Source of the DNA: Cyclobacteriaceae bacterium
GTDB taxonomy: Bacteria; Bacteroidota; Bacteroidia; Cytophagales; Cyclobacteriaceae
Assembly: GCA_965212145.1 (NCBI GenBank)
Contig: CBDBUY010000002.1
Span: 68,099-132,098, forward strand
Length of the DNA: 64,000 bases
Direction: 5' to 3'
Of this stretch, positions 1 through 9,225 are shown in pieces. The notes beneath the pieces were generated by a model. That model did no database searches, was not told where the DNA came from, and worked only from the letters and a program-made list of their open reading frames with translations. Position numbers and translations under genes: made by a program. How positions within the stretch are numbered: the stretch's first letter is position 1; each line of letters starts with the position of its first letter.

Positions 1-934
1 TGGTCATGCTTGAGATGAAAATGTGTTCAACCGGAGGTAGTTCTTTCTGCATTTCCGTCATCAATTCTTCATCAAGTAGGTCACTTTTGGTGATCGCCAG
101 CAATCGTTTCTTGTCCAGCAATTCAGGATTGTGTTTTTGAAGTTCGTTTAGCAGGATTTCATATTCTTTTTTGATGTCGGCTGCATCAGCCGGGATCATG
201 AAAAGCAACATGGGATTTCGCTCGATGTGACGCAAGAACCTTGTTCCAATGCCCTTACCTTCGGCTGCCCCTTCAATTATCCCTGGGATATCAGCCATGA
301 CAAAGGATTTGTAATCACGGTACTCCACCACACCCAGATTAGGGGTAAGGGTCGTAAACGGATAATCCGCAATCTCTGGCTTAGCAGCAGACACGACCGA
401 CAGGAGGGTAGATTTACCGGCATTAGGGAAACCTACGAGTCCAACATCAGCCAAAATTTTCAATTCGAGAATGATGGTCTTTTCCTGGCCTTCCAATCCT
501 GGCTGAGCATATCTTGGTGCTTGATTAGTGGAGGTTTTGAAATGGTAGTTTCCCTGACCACCCTTACCGCCATGCAGGAGAATTTGCTCCTCTCCATCCT
601 CCAGAATCTCCAGTAATTTCTCCCCAGTTTCCTCGTCTCTTGCCACTGTGCCAATAGGCACTTCTAAAATGATGTCCTGACCATCTGCTCCGAACTTCCG
701 TTGACCTTCGCCATTACCACCATGATCGGCTTTGATGTGCTTGCGGTACTTTAAGTGGAGGAGTGTCCATAGTTGTTTGTTGCCCCTCAAGATGACGTGC
801 CCACCACGACCACCGTCACCGCCATCTGGGCCGCCCTTTGGCACGTACTTTTCTCTTCTGAAATGGGAGGAGCCAGCTCCGCCATCACCTGAGCTGCCGA
901 AAAATTTGACGTAATCTATAAAGTTGGATTCCAC
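1..934 (-). CDS. obg: GTPase Obg/CgtA (C-terminal end cut by window edge; GTG start at 932-934)
   Basis: Absent from ORF track because it runs off the window. My minus-strand translation reads [46 protein letters not shown] (Obg glycine-rich fold), [14 protein letters not shown] (G1), DIPGIIEGA (G3), ITKSD (G4). In-frame stop lies just upstream of the GTG. Confidence 0.9.
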   Translation of the reverse strand, partial: MESNFIDYVKFFGSSGDGGAGSSHFRREKYVPKGGPDGGDGGRGGHVILRGNKQLWTLLHLKYRKHIKADHGGNGEGQRKFGADGQDIILEVPIGTVARDEETGEKLLEILEDGEEQILLHGGKGGQGNYHFKTSTNQAPRYAQPGLEGQEKTIILELKILADVGLVGFPNAGKSTLLSVVSAAKPEIADYPFTTLTPNLGVVEYRDYKSFVMADIPGIIEGAAEGKGIGTRFLRHIERNPMLLFMIPADAADIKKEYEILLNELQKHNPELLDKKRLLAITKSDLLDEELMTEMQKELPPVEHIFISSMT

Positions 935-945
935 AGCTCTGATTT

Positions 946-1518
946 TTAGAACTGCTTGATAGACTCTTCGATGGATTGATAGATTTCATCGATGCTACCC
1001 ACGCCATTCACCTCGTTGTATTTTCCTGCCTCCTTGTAAAATTCCGCGACAGGAGTTGTTTCCTTGTTATAGACTCTGATTCGGTTGGCAATTTTTTCTT
1101 CGTCTTGGTCATCTACTCGACCTGAGGTTTTGCCTCTGCTAAGCAGTCTTGTTTTCAATTCATCTTCAGGGACGACCAACGCGACCATTCCTGAAATTTC
1201 CAAGTTGTGACTGGCCATCATTTTGTCCAGTGCCTCTGCTTGGGCTACCGTGCGAGGGAAGCCGTCGAAAATAAATCCATTGCTATCAAGGTGATCCTTG
1301 ATCTTTTCTTCGACCATACCGATCACAACTTTGTCCGGCACCAAGTTCCCATCGTCCATATAGCTCTGAGCCAACTTACCCAGTTCAGTTCCTTCTCCGA
1401 GGTGTTTTCTGAAGAGATCTCCGGTGGACAAATGAATCAAACCATGATTTTTTATCAGGTTTTCACTTTGGGTTCCTTTGCCGGCTCCCGGAGGGCCGAA
1501 CAACACTAGATTTAGCAT
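946..1518 (-). CDS. adk: adenylate kinase
   Basis: 190 aa; [18 protein letters not shown]-loop, LSTGDLFR, short-lid Adk architecture; sits directly upstream of obg. Confidence 0.95.
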   Translation of the reverse strand: MLNLVLFGPPGAGKGTQSENLIKNHGLIHLSTGDLFRKHLGEGTELGKLAQSYMDDGNLVPDKVVIGMVEEKIKDHLDSNGFIFDGFPRTVAQAEALDKMMASHNLEISGMVALVVPEDELKTRLLSRGKTSGRVDDQDEEKIANRIRVYNKETTPVAEFYKEAGKYNEVNGVGSIDEIYQSIEESIKQF

Positions 1519-1570
1519 ATCTTAAATTAAAAAAAGAGGGCAAAGATAGAATCAATATTTTCGCGGATCA

Positions 1571-2020
1571 ATGATGGAGGAAATACTGAAATATTTAACG
1601 GTCTATGCACTGAGCGGAATCAAGTTCATTTTTGGACCCACGCTTGGAATAGCCTATGGTTTTCACTGGGTGATCACTGCTACTTTGTCGGCTCTAGGCA
1701 TGATGACGACTGTTTACATTTTTACATTTTTTGGGCCTCAACTTCAGCGATTTACAGATCGTTTTAAGAAAAAAGACCGCAAACTTTTCACCAAAAAGAA
1801 CCGCCGCTTTGTGAAAATCTGGCGAAAGTACGGAGTGAAGGGGATTGCCTTGGTTACGCCTGTCATACTTATGCCCATCGGTGGAGCCATTCTGGTAAAT
1901 GTCCTGGGTGGGAAACGAAGTAAGATAATTTTTTGGATGTGGGTGAGCGCGATTGGCCATTCATTCGTTCAGACGTTCATTTATCAGAACGGCTTTGATT
2001 TCATCAAATCACTTTTCTGA
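1571..2020 (+). CDS. small integral membrane protein, unknown function (about 4 TM, basic central loop)
   Basis: 149 aa; hydrophobic segments flank a KKKDRKLFTKKNRRFVKIWRKYG loop; no motif I can name with certainty. Confidence 0.6.
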   Translation: MMEEILKYLTVYALSGIKFIFGPTLGIAYGFHWVITATLSALGMMTTVYIFTFFGPQLQRFTDRFKKKDRKLFTKKNRRFVKIWRKYGVKGIALVTPVILMPIGGAILVNVLGGKRSKIIFWMWVSAIGHSFVQTFIYQNGFDFIKSLF

Positions 2021-2914
2021 TTCTCCATCGATCATCTCAATATCCGAGATCAACACCCTTTTTGATATGGCTTGACCTGTTTTCGTGGCAGCCAACCCGC
2101 CCAGCGCAGTTTCCTTGTAACGTTCCTCCATGCTCAGGCCCACTTCGCCCATGGCATCCACGCATTCATCCACAGGAATCACCGGGCTTACATCTGCCAA
2201 GGCAATCTGCGCCGATGAATTGGCAATAGCCGCTGCGCTGGCATTTCGAACCACGCAAGGCACTTCCACCAATCCCGCAACCGGATCACAGATAAGACCG
2301 AGCATACATTGGATAGTGATCGCCACTGCATTGAAGGCCTGCTCAATATTTCCGCCAAGACAATAAACAATTCCTGCGGAACCCATAGCTGCTGCGGAAC
2401 CGGTCTCCGCCTGACACCCTCCGACTGCTCCCGCAAGAGAGGCCCGCTGCTCTAGAATCAGGGCTACTCCTGCTCCGATTAGCAGTGCTTCCAGAATTTT
2501 CTGATCTTCTAAATCATGAATTTCCTGCAGTGTGACAAGTACTCCAGGCATAATGCCCGAAGCTCCGGCTGTGGGAGCTGCCACGATTCTTCCCATGCAG
2601 GAGTTGACTTCCTTGGCTGCCAGCGCCCTTGCAACCAATAATTGGAATTCTTTGGACAGTACGGCCTTTGGGTAGTTACCTACTTTTCTGGCACCTCCCT
2701 GTATCATGCCGGAGTGTGAGTTCATTTCCTCAGAAAGGCCCTTTTGCACCGCTTCTTTCATCACTTGAAGTGCATTGGTGAGTCCTGCCCAGATTTCTTC
2801 TTCTGTCCGTCCTTTTTGTCTGATTTCAAAATCCATCACCGGTCGCCAGAGTGGGAGATTCTCCTTGGCACAGACGTCCTTCCATTCCTGAAAACTTTTG
2901 AATTGTACGCTCAT
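2009..2914 (-). CDS. sdaAA: L-serine ammonia-lyase (iron-sulfur dependent), alpha-subunit-type protein
   Basis: 301 aa; GRIVAAPTAGASGIMPG, GGCQAETGSAAAM, CDPVAGLVEVPC motifs typical of the SDH_alpha domain. No beta-subunit gene adjacent. Confidence 0.85.
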   Translation of the reverse strand: MSVQFKSFQEWKDVCAKENLPLWRPVMDFEIRQKGRTEEEIWAGLTNALQVMKEAVQKGLSEEMNSHSGMIQGGARKVGNYPKAVLSKEFQLLVARALAAKEVNSCMGRIVAAPTAGASGIMPGVLVTLQEIHDLEDQKILEALLIGAGVALILEQRASLAGAVGGCQAETGSAAAMGSAGIVYCLGGNIEQAFNAVAITIQCMLGLICDPVAGLVEVPCVVRNASAAAIANSSAQIALADVSPVIPVDECVDAMGEVGLSMEERYKETALGGLAATKTGQAISKRVLISDIEMIDGESEK

Positions 2915-3022
2915 GGGTCGTTGTTTTTGGGTAATGTAAAGTTACAGGATTCAGAGGCTGAAATGAATTCAAATCCTATTCTCTCAAATTGTAAAATTTG
3001 GGCTTCCAACATTATGGGATGC

Positions 3023-3043
3023 CGGAATAAATCCGGCAATTTT
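3023..3043 (+). repeat. 21-nt element CGGAATAAATCCGGCAATTTT, copy 1 (hairpin-containing)
   Basis: Exact reverse complement of 9151-9171; ends 5 nt before the hemE ATG. In this copy the flanks extend the hairpin to GCCGGA-ATAAA-TCCGGC. Confidence 0.8.
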
Positions 3044-3048
3044 GCGCG

Positions 3049-4065
3049 ATGATCAAAAACGACCTGATTCTTAGAGCTGCGAGAGGCGAAAAAACAGAGC
3101 GAACACCTGTATGGTTAATGCGTCAGGCCGGACGAATTTTGAAGGAATACCGTGATGTTCGCGGCAGCTTAAGCGGGTTCAAGGAGCTAGTAGAAACGCC
3201 TGAGCTTGCTGCTGAGGTCACGATCCAGCCGGTTGATATTTTGGGAGTGGATGCAGCCATTATTTTCTCAGACATTCTAGTCATCCCTGAAGCCATGGGG
3301 CTGACGTACGAGATGGTTGAAAAAAAAGGACCCCATTTTCCGGAAACGGTCAGGTCTGAGGCGGATCTTTCCAAGATCAGGATTTCCGATCCTTCGGAAC
3401 TGTCATATGTCTATGACGCTATTGAAATCACAAAAAGGGAATTGGATGGACGAGTGCCGTTGATTGGTTTTGCCGGAGCGCCTTGGACGATTTTTTCCTA
3501 CATGGTCGAGGGAGGAGGAAGCAAGACCTTCTCACATGCCAGAAGGATGCTTTATCAAAATCCGGAAATGTCGCATCGCTTGCTTGACATGATAGCAGAT
3601 AGCACGATTAGCTACCTGAAAGGACAAATCCAAGCAGGGGCAGACATGATTCAAATCTTTGATTCGTGGGCGGGTATCCTAAGCCCGGATCAATACGAAG
3701 AATTCTCGCTCAATTACATTTCTAAGATTTGTGATGCGATAGATGAAGTGCCGATAACTGTTTTCGCTAAAGGTGCGTGGTTTGCCATGAATCAGATGTC
3801 TGAGCTTAACTGTCAAACAATAGGGCTGGACTGGAACACGGAGGTGCACAAAGCACGAATGATTTTTCAACATAAGACGCTGCAGGGAAATTTAGATCCG
3901 TGTGCGCTGTATGGCTCTTTTGATCAGGTCAAAGCTGAAACCAAGAAGATGCTGAAATCATTTGAAGGTCATCCGCACATTGCGAATTTGGGACATGGTG
4001 TTTATCCAGATACTGACCCGGAAAAGGTCAAGTGTTTTGTAGAAACCGTGAAGGAATTCGGCTAG
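3049..4065 (+). CDS. hemE: uroporphyrinogen decarboxylase
   Basis: 338 aa; N-terminal [12 protein letters not shown] signature, full-length URO-D family similarity. Confidence 0.95.
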   Translation: MIKNDLILRAARGEKTERTPVWLMRQAGRILKEYRDVRGSLSGFKELVETPELAAEVTIQPVDILGVDAAIIFSDILVIPEAMGLTYEMVEKKGPHFPETVRSEADLSKIRISDPSELSYVYDAIEITKRELDGRVPLIGFAGAPWTIFSYMVEGGGSKTFSHARRMLYQNPEMSHRLLDMIADSTISYLKGQIQAGADMIQIFDSWAGILSPDQYEEFSLNYISKICDAIDEVPITVFAKGAWFAMNQMSELNCQTIGLDWNTEVHKARMIFQHKTLQGNLDPCALYGSFDQVKAETKKMLKSFEGHPHIANLGHGVYPDTDPEKVKCFVETVKEFG

Positions 4066-5111
4066 GATTGCTTGAGCAGTTCGGCTCGTGCAAAAAGCCC
4101 GACGACCGATAAGAAAACCAAAACGATACCCTCCCAGAAACCGAAAAGTATCCAACCGAGGGTCATGCTAAGTATCCACCAAATAGGCATCACGGCCAGC
4201 ATCACGGCAAACTTCATTGAACCCCAGAAAACTTTGTCTTTAAACTCTCCCAATACATTTCGCAGTAACCATAGTGGGCCCCAGTTTGGAAGGGAGGCCC
4301 ACCAAAGGGCCGTGGGGTTTGGTTTCTTTGGTTTGATAAATTTTGTTTGATCATTGGAATAGTCCCGATCCGCAAATTCCTTGAGCTTTTTGAAGGTCAA
4401 GACTTCATTTTTGATGTTGAAAACCTTCCTGACTTTCACGTCATAATCTTCCGTTTTTTCAGGAATGACCAGACACTTCTTCATGCCCTCAGAAAGGACA
4501 TCCTTCAGGTTTTTCAATCCCGCTTGTTTATCCTCCTTGTAAGTATCTAGGAAATCACGAACGCTGATTGGCTCACCATAAGCGATGATCAGCTTGGTTC
4601 TGGGCTTCCGATGCGAGAAGAAATTGAGGCCGCAAGGGACGATCATCAGATCCTTGTCCAGTTTTTTTTGAGCGTCGAGCGCAATTCTTGATGTTCCTTT
4701 AGTCAATGGTCGGAGGTAATAATGCTCTCCGTGATTTCCTTCAGAGAAAATCATAATCGATTCTCCTTTGTTGAAGAGTTCTGCACATCTATCGAAGATT
4801 TCTTCATTTTTTCCCAACTCACTAAACCCGTCCCTGATGCGGTAAATCGGCATCATGTTCATTTTTTTCAGCCAGTAAGATGACTTGACAGTGAACACAT
4901 CGGAGCGGGTCAGAAAATGAAGCGGCTTGGGTAAGAGGGCGCCTACAATGATGGCGTCCAAAAAAGCATTCTGATGATTGCAAGCCAGCAGATAGGGGAT
5001 GCCCGGATCGGGAAGATTTTCCTCTCCGACGATCTCTATTTTGTTGAAATAGACGTGAAGGGCCTTGGTGGCTACCCATTTCAATGTGCGATAAAACCGG
5101 GATGCTTTCAT
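4062..5111 (-). CDS. PlsC-family (lysophospholipid/glycerol-phosphate) acyltransferase with C-terminal multi-TM extension
   Basis: [11 protein letters not shown] (H..D acyltransferase box), IFSEGN box, C-terminal about 90 aa hydrophobic. Start moved to ATG 5109-5111 (MKASRFY), which forms an ATGA overlap with the upstream symporter stop. Confidence 0.8.
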   Translation of the reverse strand: MKASRFYRTLKWVATKALHVYFNKIEIVGEENLPDPGIPYLLACNHQNAFLDAIIVGALLPKPLHFLTRSDVFTVKSSYWLKKMNMMPIYRIRDGFSELGKNEEIFDRCAELFNKGESIMIFSEGNHGEHYYLRPLTKGTSRIALDAQKKLDKDLMIVPCGLNFFSHRKPRTKLIIAYGEPISVRDFLDTYKEDKQAGLKNLKDVLSEGMKKCLVIPEKTEDYDVKVRKVFNIKNEVLTFKKLKEFADRDYSNDQTKFIKPKKPNPTALWWASLPNWGPLWLLRNVLGEFKDKVFWGSMKFAVMLAVMPIWWILSMTLGWILFGFWEGIVLVFLSVVGLFARAELLKQS

Positions 5112-6013
5112 GCAGGCGCTACAGATTTTGATCGAAAATAATACGCGATACTCAAACCGGAGATGATGTGCCAAATGCCCCACCAACCGGCGACAATGGC
5201 CATGCCGCCCATTCCTCCGAAAAAGGTGAAGATCAATCCTAGTCCCAGCCCTGAATTTTGTATGCCCGTCTCGATTGCCAATGTTTTTTGATCTGCTAAC
5301 GGAAGTTTGAAGACTTTGGCCAATCCTAGGCCGGATAAAATGGCTGTTGCATTGTGCACTAAAACGATGAATACGACCAGATGGATGTATCTGAGGAAGT
5401 ATTCAAAGTTGGCACTGAAGGCAAGGAAAACGATGGCTGCAAAAATGAGAATGGAGCCATAATGTGTAAAAGGGTAGAGGGCATCTGCCCATTTTGATCT
5501 CCAATGACGGAGGCTCATCCCCAGAATCATCGGGAGTATCAGAATCATGGTGACGATCTTAGCCATTTCCAGGAAGCTGAGTTCCACGGAGGTCATAATT
5601 TCATTGGTCGGGGCGTAGAGACTTCCCCAGAGCGAGATGTTCAATGGTGTCATAAAAACTGCGACTAAACTGGCAATAGCAGTCATGGAAACGGAGAGCG
5701 CTGCATTGCCTCCGGCCAGTGCTGTCATAAAGTTGGAGATGTTCCCACCCGGACAGGCGGCCACCAGCATCATCCCCAACGCCATAGAGGGCTGTGGCTG
5801 AAAAATCAAAACCAACAAAAAAGTCAAAAATGGCAGTACCAAAAACTGAGAGATAAAACCAAGAAGAGCTGACTTGGGGTGGGTGAGTACATTGAAGAAA
5901 TCCTTCGGAGTGAGTCTCAACGCCACTCCGAACATGATGAACCCCAGACTGATGTTCATCAGGAAGACACTGTCGGCATCATAATTCAGTACGATCTCGT
6001 CGATTTCAGACAT
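5108..6013 (-). CDS. bile acid:Na+ symporter (BASS/SBF) family transporter
   Basis: MSEIDEIVLNYD.., LVAACPGGNISN signature, about 9-10 TM. Start moved from 6088 to ATG 6013 because the extension overlaps a terminator hairpin at 6057-6084. Confidence 0.85.
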   Translation of the reverse strand: MSEIDEIVLNYDADSVFLMNISLGFIMFGVALRLTPKDFFNVLTHPKSALLGFISQFLVLPFLTFLLVLIFQPQPSMALGMMLVAACPGGNISNFMTALAGGNAALSVSMTAIASLVAVFMTPLNISLWGSLYAPTNEIMTSVELSFLEMAKIVTMILILPMILGMSLRHWRSKWADALYPFTHYGSILIFAAIVFLAFSANFEYFLRYIHLVVFIVLVHNATAILSGLGLAKVFKLPLADQKTLAIETGIQNSGLGLGLIFTFFGGMGGMAIVAGWWGIWHIISGLSIAYYFRSKSVAPA

Positions 6014-6056
6014 GGGAGGGAAGATAAAATAATCGAGGTTACCCCTGATCAATTGA

Positions 6057-6084
6057 AACAAAAAAACCCGAGCTCTCGCCCGGG
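6057..6084 (-). terminator. putative intrinsic terminator after the sigma/anti-sigma/DUF4097 operon
   Basis: Minus strand reads CCCGGGCGAGAGCTCGGG followed by a T-run (plus strand aaaaaaaacccgagctctcgcccggg); about 30 nt downstream of the stop at 6113. Confidence 0.6.
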
Positions 6085-6112
6085 CCAAGTAGGTGCGCTA
6101 CTTCTCGTATGG

Positions 6113-6922
6113 TTACTTTTTGCGGATATAAATGTTTCCATGCATGTTTTTGAACGTGTACTCCGGTCCACCGCCGTTCATGTCTCCATAGACCCAGGAG
6201 TTGATGGACACTTTGTAGCTGCGGTCACCTGTGTTTCGCTCCGGCTTGGCTTTGGTTACCGCCATATCGAAATCGGTAAATACCTCTCCGCGATCCGACT
6301 TCATCTTAGCCGTGGCTTTTGTCCCGGAAGGAACGGTTACGTCAATTTCTCCATGCAGCGTCACGAATGACATGGGCTCATTGGCAGTTACCTTTTTGAA
6401 GTTTGCCGTGATGTCTCCATGCACGGTATTGCAGACCAGAGATCCAGAAACATCTGTGAACGTCAAGTCGCCGTGTGTACCGGATATTTCCATCGAGCCG
6501 TTTACGCCTGACACGGTAATCGTGCCGTGAACTGTGGACACCTTCAGGTCAAAGTCTTTCGGGATTTTGATGTCCAGATCAATCGGTCGCTTCCACGAAT
6601 TGGTCTCGATTTTCACTTTGTTGCTTCGTTCACTTGCGCCAAGTTCCACGGAACTGGTTGCAATCCTTTTCATTCCTGCGGGAGCATCTGACTGGTCGTC
6701 ATCGTCACAAGAATGACAGTCGCTTTTCTTGGAGGTGGCATTGATGACCACTTCAGTGCCGGAGTAGGTTTCGATCATGATATCACCTCGTACGAGTCCG
6801 ACTTCAAGCGCTCCACGGGATCCGGGACTGCTTAGTGGTACGGCCAGTTGTTCGCTGAAATCTTCCTGTGCCAGGGTCACCAGACCTACAAGCACACCTA
6901 ATATTGAGAGTATAGTTTTCAT
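6113..6922 (-). CDS. secreted DUF4097-like beta-strand repeat protein ('putative adhesin' family), paralog 2
   Basis: Start moved to MKTILSILGVLVGLVTLAQ signal peptide. Repetitive V.T..G.I.V / HGDIT strands; Cys/Asp-rich insert SDCHSCDDDDQSD. Confidence 0.7.
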   Translation of the reverse strand: MKTILSILGVLVGLVTLAQEDFSEQLAVPLSSPGSRGALEVGLVRGDIMIETYSGTEVVINATSKKSDCHSCDDDDQSDAPAGMKRIATSSVELGASERSNKVKIETNSWKRPIDLDIKIPKDFDLKVSTVHGTITVSGVNGSMEISGTHGDLTFTDVSGSLVCNTVHGDITANFKKVTANEPMSFVTLHGEIDVTVPSGTKATAKMKSDRGEVFTDFDMAVTKAKPERNTGDRSYKVSINSWVYGDMNGGGPEYTFKNMHGNIYIRKK

Positions 6923-6929
6923 CTTATTC

Positions 6930-7754
6930 TTATTTCTTGTTGATATAAACATTTCCATTGATGCTCTTGAAAGTGAGCGTTGGGCCACCCGAGCCGATTT
7001 CTACGCCGGTCTGAGTGGAAATTTTGTATTTGGAGCCTTTGCTGGATTCCTGCACCAGCGTCTTTGCCGGCTTGTAATCAAAGGCTGTGTACATGTCGCC
7101 ATTCATCGTGTCAAAGTACACTTTGGCAGCAAGATTGTCCGGAAATTCCAGATTGAAGTCGCCGTTCACTGTGTTGAACTTGATGGAATTTTTCGGAACC
7201 TTCACGAATGTTACGGTCACATCGCCATTCACCGAGGAGGCCGAAATCACTTCGTGGGCATCACGGATTTCCAATCCGCCGTTTACATTGCCAGCCTTGA
7301 TGGGACCTTGAATTCCTCCTATAATCACTTCTCCATCATTAACCGTTGACGCTTTCAATCTCGCCTGAGCGGGAATCTTCACCGTATAATGGTACTTGAA
7401 AGAATACCCCGGGTGGTCGTCTCCCCACCAGGTGTTTTGCCAGGGTTTGTCGCATTCGCGAATGAATGGGGCCTTGGTATAAAAAGCGATGGTATCGGTC
7501 TTCAGATATTCACCAAGTTTCAACTCCCGTTTGGCTCGTTCCAGTTCTTTGTCGTTGCTGGCATTGATTTCAATATCCAATTCCAGCTCAACTTTTCCGG
7601 AGGTCGAGGCTTCCACCTTCACGTCTCCGTACACATTATTGATCATGACGTTCAGCTCCTTTGCAGAGGTCACATCGTAGGTCTTACTGATCCGCACGGT
7701 TTCGTTTTCCGTCCATCCATTGATCAGCAAAAACAAGGTCATTAGTATTTTCAT
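6930..7754 (-). CDS. secreted DUF4097-like beta-strand repeat protein, paralog 1
   Basis: 274 aa; N-terminal hydrophobic leader; repeats NNVYGDVKV, STVNDGEVII, SSVNGDVTV, NTVNGDFNL, KSINGNVYI; same C-terminal ..GN.YI.KK ending as the downstream paralog. Confidence 0.7.
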   Translation of the reverse strand: MKILMTLFLLINGWTENETVRISKTYDVTSAKELNVMINNVYGDVKVEASTSGKVELELDIEINASNDKELERAKRELKLGEYLKTDTIAFYTKAPFIRECDKPWQNTWWGDDHPGYSFKYHYTVKIPAQARLKASTVNDGEVIIGGIQGPIKAGNVNGGLEIRDAHEVISASSVNGDVTVTFVKVPKNSIKFNTVNGDFNLEFPDNLAAKVYFDTMNGDMYTAFDYKPAKTLVQESSKGSKYKISTQTGVEIGSGGPTLTFKSINGNVYINKK

Positions 7755-7756
7755 TT

Positions 7757-8542
7757 TTATATGCTTTTGAGTGTTTTGATACTTTCTTCCAAATGATCTT
7801 TCACCAAATCATCTTCTATCGTTTCTTTCAATTTTTCGAGCTCGTCCACAGAGTTCTTGGCTTGAATCAGCACCAGCGCATCTGCAATGGCCACTTGCAT
7901 GATGGGCGATTGCTGCTCGAGGATGGCCTTCACCAAAGCTTCCCGCACAGTCGATTCCTGCCCAAAACCCGTGAGTGACTCGAGTGCCGAAAGTCGCACG
8001 TTTAAGTTGTCATCAGCATTCATGGTGCTTATCAGGGCGTTAATCACGCGTTTGTCTGTGCCTTTCAACTCTGTCGACAAACTCACCGCCTGAATTCGAT
8101 CCTGCGCTTTTGGTTGCTCTATGAGCGTCAGCATCATCATCGTTTTCATGTCCTGAATTTCACTGCTGAGTTGCTTTACGTCCTGTGACTGCTGCTGCGA
8201 TGGCAACATCCACCAACCGATCAAAAGGCCGATGATGAGTGAAGCCAGCCCGACTTGCCAGCCATTGAGGAACCATCGGATTATCCCCGCAAGCGGGAAC
8301 TCGGCAGTCGATTCTTTCGAATCGTATTTCGCCATCATGGTGAAGAACCTTGCGTCCATTTCGCTACTGGGTTCAGGTCGATCGATATGATCCATCATCA
8401 TCCAGGTTTGCTCCAGATCTGCAAGCTCTGCCTTGACTTCCGGGTGTTCGATCAGAAACTCATTCAATTCACGTTCCTGCTCACTGTCGAGCGTACCCGC
8501 CAATTGATCCTGCCATAATGCTATTGCTTCCTCTTTGTTCAT
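7757..8542 (-). CDS. membrane-anchored anti-sigma factor with extracytoplasmic HEAT-like repeat domain
   Basis: N-terminal about 60-aa helical anti-sigma region, one TM (LASLIIGLLIGWWML), C-terminal repeats (RIQAVSL.., VRLSALESL.., VQVAIADAL). ATG 8540-8542 overlaps the sigma TGA by 1 nt; alternative GTG at 8545. Confidence 0.7.
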   Translation of the reverse strand: MNKEEAIALWQDQLAGTLDSEQERELNEFLIEHPEVKAELADLEQTWMMMDHIDRPEPSSEMDARFFTMMAKYDSKESTAEFPLAGIIRWFLNGWQVGLASLIIGLLIGWWMLPSQQQSQDVKQLSSEIQDMKTMMMLTLIEQPKAQDRIQAVSLSTELKGTDKRVINALISTMNADDNLNVRLSALESLTGFGQESTVREALVKAILEQQSPIMQVAIADALVLIQAKNSVDELEKLKETIEDDLVKDHLEESIKTLKSI

Positions 8543-9093
8543 CACACATCTAATTTTAGATAAGCGTCCTTTAATTCTTTGAGTGTTCGGTGCACGCGCA
8601 CCTTCACTGCACTTTCTGAAGTTCCAAGTAGCTCGGCCACCTGGGCGTACTTCACTTTTTGAAATTTCACCAACTCGATCAGTTCCCTTTTTTCTTCATT
8701 GAGCGTGCTGAGCGCTTTTTTGAGGAAATTGAGTTCATCACTTCTTTCCATCTCAGATTCACGGTTCGATGAATGGCTCAGGTCTTTCTCCCAGCCCGAC
8801 ATGTCTTCTTGGAAGGCATATCGTTTGTTCTTTCTAAAATTATCCCTGTGAACATTCCTGGCCAGCTGAAAGACCCACACCTCGAAGTTGCCGTCCTCCG
8901 AATAGGAATGTTTGTACTTTAATATTCGTTCAAACACGTTCTGTACCAGGTCCTCACTTGTAGCGCCATCTGTGGTCATTCCGTAGAAATATCCAAACAG
9001 TCGGCGACTGTAGCGGGAGTAGAGAAGGTTTAGCTTCCCCACATCTCCGGTTTTCACTTTCAGCATCAGGGCGTGATCGTCGATAGAGTTCAT
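8542..9093 (-). CDS. ECF-type RNA polymerase sigma-70 family factor
   Basis: 183 aa; region 2 (DLVQNVFERILKY.., WVFQLARN) and region 4 HTH (KYAQVAELLGTSESAVKVRVHR). Confidence 0.9.
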   Translation of the reverse strand: MNSIDDHALMLKVKTGDVGKLNLLYSRYSRRLFGYFYGMTTDGATSEDLVQNVFERILKYKHSYSEDGNFEVWVFQLARNVHRDNFRKNKRYAFQEDMSGWEKDLSHSSNRESEMERSDELNFLKKALSTLNEEKRELIELVKFQKVKYAQVAELLGTSESAVKVRVHRTLKELKDAYLKLDV

Positions 9094-9150
9094 TCGGTGA
9101 AATTCAACGGCATAACCCAGGTAAATTGGAAAGGTTACATCAGGATTGAA

Positions 9151-9171
9151 AAAATTGCCGGATTTATTCCG
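9151..9171 (-). repeat. 21-nt element, copy 2 (plus strand AAAATTGCCGGATTTATTCCG)
   Basis: Exact 21/21 match (22/23 with flanks) to the reverse complement of 3023-3043; lies between the divergent ECF sigma gene and rnhB. Confidence 0.8.
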
Positions 9172-9225
9172 TCATCTCACCATCAATATTCAATTGTATA
9201 CCTAGGCGATTACTAAATTCACGTC

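Noticed and set aside
4062-4065. Convergent genes with overlapping stops (hemE/acyltransferase share CTAG; membrane protein/sdaAA overlap by 12 nt; M14/FG-GAP genes are 8 nt apart), considered as possible antisense regulation.
   Set aside because: Tight convergent packing is common in compact genomes. No additional structure or motif was seen, so it is not evidence for a specific mechanism.
5112-5186. ORF-track N-terminal extensions: 4062-5186, 5108-6088, 6113-6988, 12805-15144, 32594, 45054-46820 and 58495.
   Set aside because: The extensions overlap neighbouring genes or terminators and lack homology-like sequence. Downstream ATGs give canonical N-termini or signal peptides ([59 protein letters not shown]).
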